This document shows positions 61,122 to 64,000 of a DNA stretch of 64,000 nucleotides, piece after piece; position 1 is the first letter of the stretch; each line of letters opens with the position of its first letter. Source of the stretch: Gnetum montanum (taxonomy: Eukaryota; Plantae; Gnetophyta). The position numbers and the translations under genes are program-made. The DNA is taken from positions 248,478 through 312,477 of the forward strand of contig MNCI01001630.1 of NCBI GenBank assembly GCA_015680685.1, written 5' to 3'. The notes under the pieces were generated by a model. It made no database searches and was not told where the DNA came from. It saw only the letters and a program-made list of their open reading frames with translations.

Positions 61122-64000
61122 GATAAAAAATCTACAAAGAGGGTAAAAAGAATATTTATTAGAAAAGAATAGCCTCTCTAAGAAAAAGGTAATTTCTGCA
61201 AAGGTTGACGTGCTCTTTCAAAGATTAGCGAATGAGAACCTGAAGACTATGAGAATGTTGCTTGGAAGAGGGTTTGTGAAGAGGATAGAATGCATCCACA
61301 ACTTCTTGTTCAACTATAGTTACATAGCACAATCCAATTCTATGAGGCATTCATGGCAGATGAACCAGGACATAAGGGTTTCTATCTATTTTTATAAAAA
61401 TAAAATAATAAAATAATAACAAAAGACAAACCTACAAAATAGGATTGCTGATTTTGCAATTAGTGAGGGCTTCCAAGATTGAGCGTGTTGCTCTTACCTT
61501 GAACTTGCAACATCGATTGTTTATTTATTTTAGTGAAATAAAGTAAAAAGGCCCTAAAATAAATATTGAAAGGGGCTAAACATCTCCTAGAAAAGGAAGA
61601 AGTTCTACAACTTTGACAAGCTACTACTTTGGTGATATTCATTAGGTTTGAAAAATGGCAGATGATTCTCACAATAAATGAATCCTTACTCTAGAGTATT
61701 TGTCTTAGGGTTCCAACATTCACCATGATTATTTTCTTTCCTTCCAATGGTATCAGTGATTGGAGCACATTACAGTAGACAACATGGTGGCAACAACAAC
61801 AAAGGAATCAAGGGGATTTGTGGTTACTGAGGAATTCGGCATCATCAACATAAAAAATGGTAGAGGACCTAGAAACACCGATAGGTGCTAGCAAAGAAAG
61901 GGCAACTAGTGGTAGATGGCAATATTATATGTTTTTTGGGAGAGGAAAGTAGCACTACATGTGGAAAGATGGCAATAGGACCTATACACCCCTTGAAATG
62001 TTTACACATTTCATGCAAATGTGTTCATGTACGTGGTCTTAAGGCTATGCAACCTTAATAATGATATTTTTTTAGAATTACAAATTGCAAAGCTTTTAAA
62101 CATCTAAAAAGGGGTAGGATTTATGATTTGAGAAGGGAGGATTTATGAACATTGGATAAATGTAATTTTATTTTTTAGAAATTGAAGATTTTTCCAAAAT
62201 AGCTATAACTTCCATAATAAGTTATAATTATTTTCCTTGATATTTGTAATTTCTCATGAGACACTTGTCAACCATGGCTTGAATTTCTCATAGAAGTTAC
62301 AAATTCCCCTAGAGATCCTAAATTAATTCTTTAGATATTTGTGGCTTACCATAATATGTTATGATGGATGTAACTATCCTAAAGCCAACATAAAAGAGCT
62401 TTAAGGGTAGAATATAGGGTTGGGGGGATGGGATGCAGGGTGGGGAAGGGAATTGAAGAAGGAAGATTTGGAAAAGACATTTGAAGAATTCTTGTAAGAT
62501 GGCTTGCTAAAGACATCAATTCAACTACTTTGTTTTAATCTTGTGAGTTCATTTTTTACCATTTTGTTTTAGTTGCTTAGCTAATGGTTTAGATAGTATT
62601 GCGCTTGGAATTCAATTTTGGGATCATTTTTATGCAATATTAGACTCCTATTAAGATTTTCCATAGAAGAGCTCATGTTGTTAGAAGCCTCAAGAGCAAT
62701 TTAATAATACTATCTTAATGAAATTTCCTGTTTTGAGCATAGGGGATCTAGGAAAATCTTTAATACTTTGATGGGACTAAAATAGCTTCTTTATTTTTAA
62801 AGTTTATTGCCTTGGTATTTCATTCAAGAAATTTTCAAATTTTTTGAAAGCTTTCTTGAATGCAACCTTTGACAACTATTAACTAGCCAAAATAGAGACT
62901 CATACATTGTAGTTTATGTAGCAATTTTTGGTAGTACAATAAGATTTTCTTTATGAAATTGCTTATTAAGCTTAGAAAGTTCGATTAATTCGTAGTTATT
63001 GAATTAGGAATAGCTTTAATGAGAAGTGTTTCCTCATGTCAATTTATCTTGCTTAAATATTTGAGATTTCACACAATTTTTTTTCTTTTCTTGTTCTTTT
63101 TAAGTTCATTGAATATTGCTCTATTTCTAGTTTTCTTGTGGAATTTTCTCTTTGTGGGAAATTAGGACTAGATTTGCAGAATTGTGCTCAAATGTTTTGT
63201 AAAATTTTATTTGTTACAAGTAGGTATTATAGGGATTGTATAGACTAAGTGATTGAACAAAATAAGAATCTTCAACAACTCATAGTATTTGACAAAGTTA
63301 GCCAAATCTCTTTTATGATAGTTGATTATAGTTTTATACATAACCCAACCATTTCAACATTCAAAATAATAAACACATACTTACATAACTACTGAGTTTA
63401 TTTGGAGGTATTTGGACCTTGGTGTTGCCAGAGACCTGCAAGCACCTAAACCATATTTGGAGAAGCTTTATTGGTGGTCGCATCCCAAATGGTTGCCAAC
63501 AATGGGGTTGAGTCCTTTCATTCCAATGAAACACTCCAAAGATGAGGTTAGAGCTTGTACAGGGTATGGTATCCTTCAAAGAATATTTTAGAGAAATAAA
63601 TTTTGAAGGTGTGCAAGGAATCTACCCTTCGAGTGTGGACTATCCAAGTTGGGGAACCATGTAATTTTTGGGTTTGATTTTTATGGCTAATCATTTTTAT
63701 TGGGGAAATTATTGAACCCCCCTTCTAAGTTCTTGATCCTCAAATTAAGGCTATCCTAAATCTTTTACCTCTTAAGAACATTCAAGATATGCATATTCTA
63801 GAAGGTCATCTTCAATCAATCTACCACTTCATTTCCAATCTCACTAATCACCTATATCTTTTATCTCATTTACTTCATAAATCTACTTCTTTCATTTAGG
63901 ATGAGGAGTGCCAAACGGTCTTTAATTTTATCAAAGAATCCTTAACCACTCTTCCCATTCTTCACCATCAAACATTTAACCAATATTTTATCTTTATTTT

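Larger units (their letters stand above)
43560..63501 (+). mobile_element. Element F: decayed Tat-type Ty3/gypsy element with gag-PR-aRH-RT-RH-INT order and ~3-kb LTRs
   Basis: 5' LTR 43560-46576 aligns with 3' LTR ~53488-54160 + 61127-63501; Asn-type PBS; G-rich PPT 53461-53487; no clean TSD seen. Confidence 0.88.
53488..63501 (+). repeat. Element F 3' LTR, interrupted by element G (54161..61121)
   Basis: Colinear with 43560-46576 on both sides of the insertion; ends GGTTGCCAACA. Confidence 0.85.
42636..63742 (+). mobile_element. Element E: solo LTR (~1.17 kb; 42636..43559 + 63502..63742), copia/SIRE-like termini, split by element F
   Basis: TGTTGACC...ATTGAACCCCCCTTCT...GATCCTCA with perfect TSD AATTA (42631-42635, 63743-63747); removing it restores the RT frame DPNK-I-KAIL; GAGATGTCT/AGACATCTC repeats at 42890-43100; lineage assignment tentative. 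Confidence 0.8.
35230..64000 (+). mobile_element. Element D: older Tat-type Ty3/gypsy element (LTR, gag, PR, antisense gene remnant, partial RT) hosting nested insertions; continues beyond the window
   Basis: LTR-like region with TATA CTATAAATAG (35551) ending ~36412, then a TGG-initiated PBS candidate (36415); gag FTKYNGKTGDPMNHVVTF (~37900); PR LIHVDDGVRSNVV (~39100); RT ...FGILMGKMLGYLISQDGISIDPNKI| (to 42635) resumes as KAILNLLP...ECQTVFNFIKESLTTLPIL at 63748. The 5' boundary is approximate. Confidence 0.75.

Overview
Land-plant nuclear DNA, possibly from a gymnosperm (inferred only from TE lineages and heavy C>T decay). The window holds one intact host gene, a 4-exon VAMP71-type longin R-SNARE (941..7567, 220 aa), followed by ~55 kb of nested, decayed retroelements. 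(A) A full-length Ty3/gypsy Tat/Ogre-type element, 9432..26725. (B) An endogenous caulimovirid on the minus strand with MP-CP-AP-RT-RH plus a florendovirus-like ORF2, ~26726..32900. (C) An L1 LINE remnant. (D) An older Tat-type element from ~35230 that runs off the window. D's RT is split by a solo LTR (E, TSD AATTA), which contains a Tat element with PR-aRH-RT-RH-INT order (F), whose 3' LTR contains a non-autonomous Athila-like gag+protease element (G, TSD GATAA). The most notable observation is in A: protease and RT are separated by ~5 kb that carries a multi-exon ANTISENSE gene. It appears to encode an FCP1/NIF-like HAD phosphatase fold with altered catalytic motifs, a putative-plant-transposon-protein-like domain, a coiled coil and an acidic tail. 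A homologous spliced antisense gene lies at the same position in D, suggesting a lineage-level accessory gene rather than a chance insertion. All domain calls are by-eye motif recognition; no searches were run.
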